Origin: Victivallales bacterium
GTDB lineage: Bacteria > Verrucomicrobiota > Lentisphaeria > Victivallales > UBA1829
Reading direction: 5' to 3'
DNA: 61,886 nucleotides
Assembly: GCA_045612485.1 (NCBI GenBank)
Contig: JAZKZE010000067.1
Location: forward strand, 1-61,886
A program made the position numbers and the translations under genes. Below, one piece after another: positions 17,546-25,801 of this stretch (positions within the stretch are counted from its first letter, which is position 1; each line of letters begins with the position of its first letter). The notes under the pieces are model-generated. The model saw only the letters and a list, made by a program, of their open reading frames with translations, was not told where the DNA came from and searched no databases.

Positions 17546-20500
17546 CGCATAGATTTTTTCCGCAGAAAAGGATATTTCTCCATGCCGGGGAAGTATCCTT
17601 TTTTTTCGTTTTTCACTCCACTTCACATATTCGGGTGCGATAAAAGAGCCGGTAAAAGCCTCCCCCTTCTGTTCTGTGGGAACGATATAAAAATCATCAT
17701 CCCCGGTGAAGTCCAGAAGATAATCGATAAGGGGATTGGTACTTCTCCAGTAGTTCCAGGCATCCTGTTTATTTTTCTTGAGACTTGCCTTGAGGATTTC
17801 CGCCCGGTTTTCCTTGACAGCCATACGGAAAAAGAGATCGGCATCCTCATCAGGAATATCCACGCCCTTTTCTTTAAGATATTCCCGGTACAGTTCTTCC
17901 TTCATATCGATATTGACGCCAACAAAAGGCTTCAGGATATTCACATGATCCTGGATCTGTTCTTCGGAGTAATCCATAAGAGCAAACCTTATATCCGGAT
18001 TTTCCGGATCAAAAGTCCCCACATTATCCGTTGCAGATTTTATCTGGGCAGGATGGAAGGCAATATAGAAAACATCTTTTTCCAGTTCATTTTCTGTATC
18101 ATTTTCAATAATAAGACCATCATGCCCCTTTTCCTTTGCTTCTTTGATAAGGGATTTTTCCAGAGCTGTATCTGCTGCAAACTGTTGCGGAGGGATCTTG
18201 ACAGTCATGGGATTTTTAATGGAAAGATAACATTGTATGATTCTGTTGCCGGAGCGTTCTTCCGCCATGGATTCCGCATATTCCGGACTCTTTGAAAACC
18301 ATGCACCGTTTTCTGTATCAAATGAATAAAAATCAACATTTGTTCCGTGATAAACCACCAACGGTTTACCGTTTTCGTCCACCACTTTTGAACCGTCAAA
18401 CCATTTTTTGAATGCAGGAGTTTCTTCCCTGTCAATGGCAAACCGTATTTCCCCGCTTGTTACGTCCGACAAGTCCGTAATTGTCTGTAATCGTCCGTAA
18501 TTGTCCGTTTCCCCGCTTGCATTTTCCAGTTTATGTGATATGTTATTTATACCGGCTCCCAACTCCTGACGACTAAACGTAGGCTCGGGTTGCGTAGCGG
18601 TGGATTGAGTACCAACCTCGCCACTTGCATCCGGTGTATTTGTTTTCCATCCACTTAAAAGCCAACTTTTTTGTTTTCCATATTCGGACAATGCTAATAC
18701 TGCTTCAAAACCGTCTTTCTCAAGAATAACAGTTTTGTTTCCCTCTACAAATCTGAGTATTTTCCCATCCGCGACTGCATCAATAACCTGTAAAAGAGTA
18801 TCAATTCCACGTCGGTATGCAATATGATAAATACCCTTTTTATTGTTTCCCCAACAAAAAGTAATATCATTTGTACCTCCGTACTGGGCAAGATCATTTC
18901 TCAATCCGGGAACAGTTTCTTCTTCTGAACCATTTACTATTTTTTGTAGTGCAGAAATGATTTTACGTGACTTTTCTTCTTTACCAAGAAAGAGTTGAGT
19001 TGTTTTCATCTTCAGATCCGGTACTTCCATTCTCCATTTACCGTCTCCGCCTTTTTCCCAGGAGGTGGCAAGTTTGATCGTTTTTGCGTCCTTGCCGGCT
19101 TCCAGCATTGCTTTTGCGGTATGCAGATTATCAAGATTATTCTGTTTGAGTTCCCGATCCAGACGGGCAGCCCCTTCTTCCCCGATTATGGAAAACCGGA
19201 GATCCCCGCTTACCCCGCTTGCATTTTCATTATCTTGTAGTATATTATCCTTTAAATCGGTAATAATCCCGGATGAGACGTTATGAGCCCCGGTGTCTGG
19301 TTTTCTATCAGAGTAAAAATTTATTACCGATTTATTTTTATCATTTTTTCTATTGAAGTCAATAATAACTTTTAATGTTGTGCCGTCACCTGTTTTCAGT
19401 TCATATCTTCTTGATTCCGGGTGTTCCGCTGTGCCTTCCTCTGCCAGTGTTCCCCGTCTGATAACATCACCGATATTCAATACTTCAAGTGCTGTTACCG
19501 GATTACGCAGACCGGCATAATGTACGGATATAAGTTTTTTGATACCTTTTTTTCTTGTTCCGAAATTTACAAAAACATCTTCCAGCTCATTAAGGTCATT
19601 TATACGCAGTCTTATTTTGTCTTTCTGCTGCAAAACGACATCATAAATATCCTGCTGTTCTCCGTTCAGTTCAATACCTTCCAGATCTTTTTTGAATTGT
19701 GCAATAACCTCCTGCCAGTTCTTGAAATATCTTCCTTCAACCTTAAACCTTAAACCTTCCCCCGCCCCGCTTGCCACGGCATAGCTTTGCGAAGCCGGGT
19801 CCGGAGCGTCCGACAAGTCCGACAAGTCCGTACCATTCCGTACTTTTCCGTACTTATCCGTATTATTTTGTTTTACCCAGCTTGCATTTTCAAAATTATC
19901 AATTATATTATTGATAGAGTCCAGATCTAAATATTCCACGTCAGCGAGATTACTTTGCTGTTGGTGTATCAAGCTCTGGATTTTTTCTTTATTCAGGTAC
20001 AGGGATTTTCCGTTTTGAATCCATGTAAGCCATTCGTGCATATCTTTCGGATAAAGTCCGCGGATAGAATTTACTTTTATGCCATCATGGGTAAAATTGA
20101 AACTCAAGCCAACGATAAAATTTTTTCCATCTTTATGAGCTTCTACAATAACATTCTGAGCTTTGTTTTTATCTCCGTATGCAAATACGCCAATCGGATT
20201 ACGCAGTAATTCCGGAAGATCTTTTATATCAGAAATATCAAAAGGATGATTACTTTGTTTTGCCTTTTTTGCAAGGTGGGAAGAAGATAATTCAATGGGA
20301 AGATCCGGTACTCCTGTACCAAGCAGAATTTCAGAAGGTTTTCCCAGTTGATAAATATGTCCTGCTGTTAAATTTCCATTAATTTGCTTTTCAAGTTCTG
20401 TATTAAAGGTATCATTTATCAAAAAACGACTCACTTCCCCCGCCCCGCTTGCCACGGCGTAGCCTTGCGAAGCCGGGTCCATGATCACGCTGCTTCTTCT

Positions 20501-20878
20501 GTTATACCAGTTTTTCCGCATATTTCTTGCAGAACGGGCAAGGACTGTTTCGATCTGATCTGTGGTCATTCTCACATTTTCAAATCCGGGCAGACGGGAA
20601 AGGAACATACGGATCTTCTGAATAAACTCTTTCCACCAGGAAGGCTTGGGCGTATTCTTCTGGGCAAGGTAGGCTATATATTCTTCAGAAACAAGCCTTT
20701 GATCTTCTATTCTGTCTATGGCAAGAGATCTTTCCCCATATTCATTTTCCAGCACAGCATCAGGGAGATACCTTCCTGCGATCTCCTGAAAGATATCCTC
20801 TTCCCCGTGTTCCAGATAAAAATATTGTGTTTTTATAAACAAGAGGCTTTCATGGCAGATAAACAGAAATGTATTCAA
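17375..20878 (-). CDS. Fragment of a large polyvalent protein: metallopeptidase remnant, MuF-C-like domain, two PBECR-like nuclease domains, LPD23, ART-PolyVal; truncated at both ends
   Basis: Recurring G-x(2-3)-RF module starts; LPD23-like GEEGAARLD..AKAMLEAG..TSWEKGGDGKWRME; ART-like FKKWFDGSKVVDENGKPLVVYHGT..YLSIKNP..GHDG..QIKSATDNVGTFD; WGNNKKGIYHI..WLLSGW. The last ~75 codons read through host sequence. Confidence 0.78.
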   Translation of the reverse strand: MNTFLFICHESLLFIKTQYFYLEHGEEDIFQEIAGRYLPDAVLENEYGERSLAIDRIEDQRLVSEEYIAYLAQKNTPKPSWWKEFIQKIRMFLSRLPGFENVRMTTDQIETVLARSARNMRKNWYNRRSSVIMDPASQGYAVASGAGEVSRFLINDTFNTELEKQINGNLTAGHIYQLGKPSEILLGTGVPDLPIELSSSHLAKKAKQSNHPFDISDIKDLPELLRNPIGVFAYGDKNKAQNVIVEAHKDGKNFIVGLSFNFTHDGIKVNSIRGLYPKDMHEWLTWIQNGKSLYLNKEKIQSLIHQQQSNLADVEYLDLDSINNIIDNFENASWVKQNNTDKYGKVRNGTDLSDLSDAPDPASQSYAVASGAGEGLRFKVEGRYFKNWQEVIAQFKKDLEGIELNGEQQDIYDVVLQQKDKIRLRINDLNELEDVFVNFGTRKKGIKKLISVHYAGLRNPVTALEVLNIGDVIRRGTLAEEGTAEHPESRRYELKTGDGTTLKVIIDFNRKNDKNKSVINFYSDRKPDTGAHNVSSGIITDLKDNILQDNENASGVSGDLRFSIIGEEGAARLDRELKQNNLDNLHTAKAMLEAGKDAKTIKLATSWEKGGDGKWRMEVPDLKMKTTQLFLGKEEKSRKIISALQKIVNGSEEETVPGLRNDLAQYGGTNDITFCWGNNKKGIYHIAYRRGIDTLLQVIDAVADGKILRFVEGNKTVILEKDGFEAVLALSEYGKQKSWLLSGWKTNTPDASGEVGTQSTATQPEPTFSRQELGAGINNISHKLENASGETDNYGRLQTITDLSDVTSGEIRFAIDREETPAFKKWFDGSKVVDENGKPLVVYHGTNVDFYSFDTENGAWFSKSPEYAESMAEERSGNRIIQCYLSIKNPMTVKIPPQQFAADTALEKSLIKEAKEKGHDGLIIENDTENELEKDVFYIAFHPAQIKSATDNVGTFDPENPDIRFALMDYSEEQIQDHVNILKPFVGVNIDMKEELYREYLKEKGVDIPDEDADLFFRMAVKENRAEILKASLKKNKQDAWNYWRSTNPLIDYLLDFTGDDDFYIVPTEQKGEAFTGSFIAPEYVKWSEKRKKRILPRHGEISFSAEKIYALFLYSNDLSGTGGFFLRFRNHNGKTCTFRCTYFHIFIFHNTFGKIRDLIKVGIGFG
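17566..17606 (+). terminator. Intrinsic terminator of the isomerase/oxidoreductase operon; marks the left junction of the foreign insert
   Basis: AAAAGGATATTTCTCC..GGGGAAGTATCCTTTTTTTT, 20 bp after the stop at 17545. Confidence 0.75.
18517..18646 (+). ncRNA. Predicted antisense sRNA unit 1 (promoter, structured RNA, U-tract) in the tail of a PBECR-like module
   Basis: TTGCAT(18517)-N16-TATGTT(18539); closing stem TATACCGG/CCGGTGTA; two inner hairpins; TTTGTTTT. Confidence 0.5.
19219..19349 (+). ncRNA. Predicted antisense sRNA unit 2
   Basis: TTGCAT(19219)-N16-TATATT(19241); perfect 14-bp stem TAAATCGGTAATAA(19253-19266)/TTATTACCGATTTA(19321-19334); T-tract. Confidence 0.55.
19756..20480. 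repeat. 47-bp direct repeat (19756-19802 and 20434-20480; 45/47 identical) encoding DPASQ(S/G)YAVASGAGE
   Basis: CTTCCCCCGCCCCGCTTGCCACGGC(A/G)TAGC(T/C)TTGCGAAGCCGGGTCC, read directly. Confidence 0.9.
19882..19990 (+). ncRNA. Predicted antisense sRNA unit 3 in the tail of the MuF-C-like module
   Basis: TTGCAT(19882)-N16-TATATT(19904); TCCAGA/TCTGGA closing stem; inner CAGCGAG/TTTGCTG hairpin; TTTTTTCTTT. Confidence 0.5.
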
Positions 20879-20965
20879 AACAAAATATGCTTATAAAGAA
20901 AAGCAGGTTTTCTGCTTCCTGAAGAAAAAATAACGGGAAAATTTTGAAAAATTGACGGGAAAGTC

Positions 20966-20994
20966 TTGTAAAATTGCTACTTATGCAGTATATT
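20966..20994 (+). promoter_or_regulatory. Putative sigma70 promoter of dksA
   Basis: TTGTAA-N17-TATATT. Confidence 0.5.
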
Positions 20995-21035
20995 AGAACG
21001 GTAATAATGTTGAAAATAACGACCATGAGGTGGCT

Positions 21036-21758
21036 ATGAAAGCTGTTTCTGATGAAAAAAAATCCGGAAAAAAGAGTGCTGTTAAAAAGACCGCTGCTTC
21101 TTCCGGTGCAGATAAAAATACTGTGAAAAAAGCTGTATCTGCTTCCACTGAAGCAAAAAAGACCGTTGCAGGGAAAAACGTGAAGAAAACTGCTGTAAAG
21201 ACAGTAAAAGCACCGGCAAAGGCAGAGAAAGCACCTGCCAAAGCGGTGAAAAAAACTGTAGCAAAGGTTGAAAAAGCACCCGCAAAGGAAACTGTTGCTG
21301 CAAAGAAAGCTGCTGCCGCTAAAGCTGCCGCAGCGAAACGCCCTGAACTGCATATCAAAAAGGTGAAACTTTCCAAGGCTGACAAGAAGTTTTTCCGTGA
21401 TCTTCTGATCCGGGAACGGGCAAAATTCGGACAGCTGCTCAAATTCCATGCGGATGAAGCTCTAACTTCCCGTAAAGATTCCGGAGCAGGCCGTGCCGGT
21501 ATGGCAACTCACATGGCAGATCTGGGAAGTGATAATTTCCGCCATGATTTTGAACTCGGACTCCTTTCCGGTGAAGCGGATGTAATGGAAATGATCGACG
21601 AAGCACTGCAGAAACTGGAAGATTCCGAATATGGTGTATGTCTGGATTGCGGTCAGATGATCCCCAGAGCCAGACTGGAAGCAAAGCCCTATGCAAGATA
21701 CTGTACCAAATGCAAAAGTCTCCGGGAAAGTACGGAGGACGGGTTCCGCAGAAGATAA
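21036..21758 (+). CDS. dksA: TraR/DksA C4-type zinc finger protein with a Lys/Ala-rich (histone H1-like) N-terminus
   Basis: HMADLGSD coiled-coil tip; YGVCLDCG..IPRARLEAKPYARYCTKC; GAGG Shine-Dalgarno before the ATG at 21036. Confidence 0.85.
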   Translation: MKAVSDEKKSGKKSAVKKTAASSGADKNTVKKAVSASTEAKKTVAGKNVKKTAVKTVKAPAKAEKAPAKAVKKTVAKVEKAPAKETVAAKKAAAAKAAAAKRPELHIKKVKLSKADKKFFRDLLIRERAKFGQLLKFHADEALTSRKDSGAGRAGMATHMADLGSDNFRHDFELGLLSGEADVMEMIDEALQKLEDSEYGVCLDCGQMIPRARLEAKPYARYCTKCKSLRESTEDGFRRR

Positions 21759-21778
21759 GCAGTGTTTGCATTTTCATG

Positions 21779-21817
21779 CCCTGCCGGAGTGATTCCCGGC
21801 GGGGATTTGTTTTTTTA
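21779..21817 (+). terminator. Probable intrinsic terminator after dksA
   Basis: CCCTGCCGG-loop-CCGGCGGGG followed by TTTGTTTTTTT. Confidence 0.55.
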
Positions 21818-21845
21818 TTGACCATGTAAAGAAAAGAATTTCCTT

Positions 21846-22394
21846 ATGTTGCTGAAGAATGAAAGACTTGTTCCGGATAGCAGACAGGAAAAAATGATCC
21901 TTCTGTATTCTGTTTTGCTGTGTGTGATCACTGCCGTACTGGATCAGCTGACAAAATATTTTGTTGTCAAATATATTCCCATGTACCGCCGTATCAAGGT
22001 TATCCCCGGTTTTTTCGATTTGACTTATGTAACCAACGATGGCGCAGCATGGAATATGCTTTCCGGAAGATTCTATCTGCTTTGCGGGATCTCTCTTGTC
22101 GTTTTCATCCTTCTTCTTGTCTTTTTCCGGAAACTTGCCGATGGATGGAAAGAACGGTATTTTGCTCTCTTTCTTATTGCTTCCGGGATCATCGGCAACA
22201 GTTTTGACAGGATCTTCCGCGGCGGAGAGGTTGTGGATTTTCTGCATTGCTATATAGGTAAATATGCCTGGCCCACCTTCAATGTGGCGGATTCCTGTAT
22301 CTGTATCGGGGTGTTTCTCTTTATTCTTTCCAATCTTTTCCGGCCGGAAAACAAAGGGGAAAAAGAGAAGGAGTCCCCTGCTGAAGAAAAATAA
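21846..22394 (+). CDS. lspA: Lipoprotein signal peptidase II (start may be 21894)
   Basis: LDQLTK, NDGAAW, GIIGNSFDR, VVDF, WPTFNVADSCI. Confidence 0.95.
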   Translation: MLLKNERLVPDSRQEKMILLYSVLLCVITAVLDQLTKYFVVKYIPMYRRIKVIPGFFDLTYVTNDGAAWNMLSGRFYLLCGISLVVFILLLVFFRKLADGWKERYFALFLIASGIIGNSFDRIFRGGEVVDFLHCYIGKYAWPTFNVADSCICIGVFLFILSNLFRPENKGEKEKESPAEEK

Positions 22395-22411
22395 TTTCCG
22401 GCGGTCTTTTC

Positions 22412-23347
22412 ATGGATAAAAATATTCCCCCCTTTCCTGTGATCATGGGGCCGACTGCCTCCGGGAAAAGTTTTCTTGCTCTTTCTCTTGCAGAAAAATA
22501 TCACGGGGAGATCATATCTGCGGATTCCATGCAGATCTATTGCGATCTGAATATCGGGACAGCCAAACCAAGTCCCGGAGAACTGGCAAAAGTCCCCCAT
22601 CACCTTGTCAATATTCTCTCTTTTACGGAAAAATATGATGTTTTTGCTTTTCAGGATGCGGCGGAAAAGGCGGTGGAAAATATCCGGAAACGGGGAGCTT
22701 TGCCGGTCGTTGCCGGAGGGACAGGTTTATATTTGCGCGCCCTTCTTTATGGACTGGATCCTCTGCCTTCCTCTGAAAAATTACGCAGGGAACTGGATGA
22801 AAAGTATGATAATGATGAACACTTTTCTGAACTTGTTTCCATAATGGAAAAGGATGCCCCCCATGATGCGGCGGCATTTTCACAGCACCGGAGAAAACTT
22901 ATCCGGGCGTATGAAGTATTTCTTCTTACAGGCAAAGAGATGACCTTGCTTCAACAGGCATGGAAACGTTCTGCCAGAAAGGATGCAAGATCTTTTGTAC
23001 TTGTCTGGGAAAATTCTTTTCTGAAAGAACGTATCGCATTGCGTTGCCGTCAGATGTTGGAAAACGGCTGGATCGAAGAAGCGGAATCCTTTATCAGAAA
23101 GGGACTTCTGGATTCCCCTACCGCATGGCAGGTTCTCGGGTACAGGCAGATCGGACAGTATCTTGCCGGAGAATTGAAAAAAGAGGAACTTTTTGAAAAG
23201 ATCTCCATTGCCACCTGGCAGTATGCCAGAAGACAGAATACCTGGTTCCGTACCCAGCATCCGGAAGCAGTCCGGATCAGTATGCGGGATAAAGATTCCT
23301 TTTCAGACGCAGAAAAAACCGTTGCAGGAAATATATTTTTCTCCTGA
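22412..23347 (+). CDS. miaA: tRNA dimethylallyltransferase
   Basis: GPTASGKS, ISADSMQIY..LNIGTAKP, GGTGLY, YARRQ.TWFR. Confidence 0.96.
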   Translation: MDKNIPPFPVIMGPTASGKSFLALSLAEKYHGEIISADSMQIYCDLNIGTAKPSPGELAKVPHHLVNILSFTEKYDVFAFQDAAEKAVENIRKRGALPVVAGGTGLYLRALLYGLDPLPSSEKLRRELDEKYDNDEHFSELVSIMEKDAPHDAAAFSQHRRKLIRAYEVFLLTGKEMTLLQQAWKRSARKDARSFVLVWENSFLKERIALRCRQMLENGWIEEAESFIRKGLLDSPTAWQVLGYRQIGQYLAGELKKEELFEKISIATWQYARRQNTWFRTQHPEAVRISMRDKDSFSDAEKTVAGNIFFS

Positions 23348-23387
23348 AACGGTTTTACAGATCACTTTTCTGCCGGAATGACCGGGA

Positions 23388-24356
23388 TTATTTTTTATTG
23401 TGATTTTTTCTGGAATTTTTTTCCTGACCGGGTTCTTTATCTTCCAGAAGCATTGCCGCTTCCTCTTCTGCGGAAGGAGTCTGCCGTTTGATCTTGTATT
23501 TATCCGGATAGACTACTGTCACCTCATCTTTGGAGCAGGTCACGTTCTGACCGGTACCTTCGATCTGTACAACGACTTTCTGGGTAAGGAGATTCCGGTC
23601 GATGATGATGCCCCTGCCTTCTTTACATTCACAGCAGTCCCCTCTTCTGGGCATGGTTTTTTCCAGTTCCAGATAGCCTTCATGTTCATATTTCAGACAG
23701 CATTTGAGTCTGCCGCACATCCCGGAAATGGTACTGGGAGTAAGGGCAAGATCCTGTTCTTTTGCCATTTTCACATTGATGGAGTCAAACTCCTTGAGGA
23801 AGGTACAGCAGCACAGTGGTCTGCCGCAGATGGAAAGCCCGCCGATGATGGCAGTTTCATCCCTTACGCCGATCTGCCGCAGTTCTATTCTGGTATTGAG
23901 GGTGCTGGAAAGCTGTTTGACCAGTTCCCGGAAATCCACTCTTCCTTCGGCACTGAACTGAATGGTAAGCAGTTTGCCGTCAAAGGCATAGTGTGCATTA
24001 ATGAGTTTCATCTCCAGGTTCAGATGTTCCACAAGCCCGGCTGTCGTACGCAGTGCGGATTTTGCCCGCATGGCGTTTTCATTGGCTTTCCCCTGATCCA
24101 CCACATTGGCTTTTCTCTGTATCCTGGGGACTTCCGTTTTCTTTTCTGTGGGGGTTCCGGAAACCGGTTCTTTCGGCAGAAGTGCCGGGTCGAAAGGTAC
24201 CCCGGAAGAGACGACTTTCCCGTAATCCAGGAAAAAATCCTTCCTTATGATACAATAGTCACCGCACTTCAGAGGGATGGTATCCTCCCCCTTTGCTTTA
24301 TACTCAATACCGTTGTCAAGCTGGATGTCATACAATAATTCCATAAAATTCTCCAT
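23388..24356 (-). CDS. PSP1-domain protein (RicT/YaaT-like)
   Basis: GRVDFRELVK, RIELRQIGVRDE, CGRPLCC, SGMCGRLKCCLKYE. Confidence 0.92.
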   Translation of the reverse strand: MENFMELLYDIQLDNGIEYKAKGEDTIPLKCGDYCIIRKDFFLDYGKVVSSGVPFDPALLPKEPVSGTPTEKKTEVPRIQRKANVVDQGKANENAMRAKSALRTTAGLVEHLNLEMKLINAHYAFDGKLLTIQFSAEGRVDFRELVKQLSSTLNTRIELRQIGVRDETAIIGGLSICGRPLCCCTFLKEFDSINVKMAKEQDLALTPSTISGMCGRLKCCLKYEHEGYLELEKTMPRRGDCCECKEGRGIIIDRNLLTQKVVVQIEGTGQNVTCSKDEVTVVYPDKYKIKRQTPSAEEEAAMLLEDKEPGQEKNSRKNHNKK

Positions 24357-24532
24357 TTCGGACTTGAAAATTATCTATTTGCTGTTAAAATACACCTGTA
24401 AGGGATTTTTTTCAAATTCAAGTGCCGTTTTTTGTTGGCGGAATTGAGAGAAATTTTGAAAAAGCGGGTAAATATATGGTACAGGCGGTGTAAAAGAGTG
24501 TCTGTATTGCTGAAAAAAGGATCGTGGAGCAA

Positions 24533-25801
24533 ATGGCAACAGGGAAAAACAATATATTGTGTATAGAACTTGGTACATCCAAGATCTCTGCACTGAGAGG
24601 TACGGTGGATAAAGGCGGTAATCCGGAGGTCATTCAGTTTGCCTCCGCCCCTTCCGAAGGGACAATATGCAAAGGGGAGATCGTGGATATGGCGGGGGCA
24701 TCGGCTATTCTGGATAAAGTGCTTTCCCGTATGGATCATCCTGCCGGAAGAGGGGCGGAAAGAGGAAAGATCTTCTGCAGTGTAAGCGGGCCTCTCATCC
24801 GTTCCAGGCAGGGGGAAGGCAATGTTATGATCTACGGCGGCGACCGTCAGGTGACAAGGGAACATATCATTGAAGCTGTGGAAAAGGCGGAAAATATTTC
24901 TCTTCCCCCGGATCAGGTGAATATCAATACTTTTGACTCCTATTTTATGCTGGATTCCCGTTACCGTATCCAGAATCCCCTGGGACATTCCGCCACAAGA
25001 CTGGATGCTTTCATCCACAGTATTTCCGCAGACCGGAACAGGATCGATACTTTGCGCCGTATGATCCGGGATCTGGGATTTGATTCCCCTGTAAGCTGTG
25101 TCTTTTCCGCGATCGGTTCCCTGTATGCAGCTTTGCGGGAGGATGAAAAGGAAAAAGGGGTGCTTCTGGTAGATATCGGTGCTGGACTTACAGAATTTGT
25201 CCTTGTAAAAAATGATGGGATCCTTTCCAGCGGCGTTATCCCTGTCGGAATGGATAATCTTGCCAATGATCTTTCCATCGGACTGGAACTGGGGATCGAA
25301 CAATGCCGGAAATTCCTGATGGAATCCAAACTGGAAACGTTGAAGGATCAGGGGGAATCTTTTGCTGAATTTCCCGGCGGGGGACCTCATGTGAAAAGAC
25401 GTATTCCTGTAGGCTCATTTGAAAAGATCATCCATGCCCGTCTTTCTGAACTGTGTTCCATTCTGCGGGAAAAGATCGGTTCCGGTGATCTTTTAAGACA
25501 GATCGGAAGCGGGATCGTCGTTACAGGCGGTGGTTCTCTGCATCCTGCAATTCCGGATATTTTACGGCAGGTGACCTCCATGCATGTACGTTGCGGAGAT
25601 GTTTGCGGGGTAAGCGGTACCATGAACGATCTTGCTCCTGTATGCCGTTATTCCTCCCTTCTCGGGCTGCTGAAACTTGCGGCAGAGGAATACTCCGGCA
25701 GAGCAGACGGCGGATTGGGACAGATGGGAAATCTTCTGGAAAATTTCGGGGAGAAGATCTACAATAAAGTCAAAGATATTACAGGAGCTTTCAAAATATG
25801 A
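24533..25801 (+). CDS. ftsA: Cell division protein FtsA
   Basis: IELGTSKI, actin-fold DIGAGLTE, VVTGGGS, C-terminal amphipathic helix; directly upstream of ftsZ. Confidence 0.88.
   Translation: MATGKNNILCIELGTSKISALRGTVDKGGNPEVIQFASAPSEGTICKGEIVDMAGASAILDKVLSRMDHPAGRGAERGKIFCSVSGPLIRSRQGEGNVMIYGGDRQVTREHIIEAVEKAENISLPPDQVNINTFDSYFMLDSRYRIQNPLGHSATRLDAFIHSISADRNRIDTLRRMIRDLGFDSPVSCVFSAIGSLYAALREDEKEKGVLLVDIGAGLTEFVLVKNDGILSSGVIPVGMDNLANDLSIGLELGIEQCRKFLMESKLETLKDQGESFAEFPGGGPHVKRRIPVGSFEKIIHARLSELCSILREKIGSGDLLRQIGSGIVVTGGGSLHPAIPDILRQVTSMHVRCGDVCGVSGTMNDLAPVCRYSSLLGLLKLAAEEYSGRADGGLGQMGNLLENFGEKIYNKVKDITGAFKI

Noticed and set aside
17375-17606. C-terminal ~75 aa of the polyvalent ORF as a real domain
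   Set aside because: Encoded by the host terminator and the antisense strand of the oxidoreductase gene; read-through after truncation.
17607-20878. Prophage or ICE
   Set aside because: No integrase, structural, replication or conjugation genes, and no att repeats found.
18995-20896. + strand ORFs inside the polyvalent gene as protein antitoxins
   Set aside because: No clear Shine-Dalgarno or motifs, and the antisense promoters lead into short structured RNAs ending in U-tracts rather than into these ORFs.
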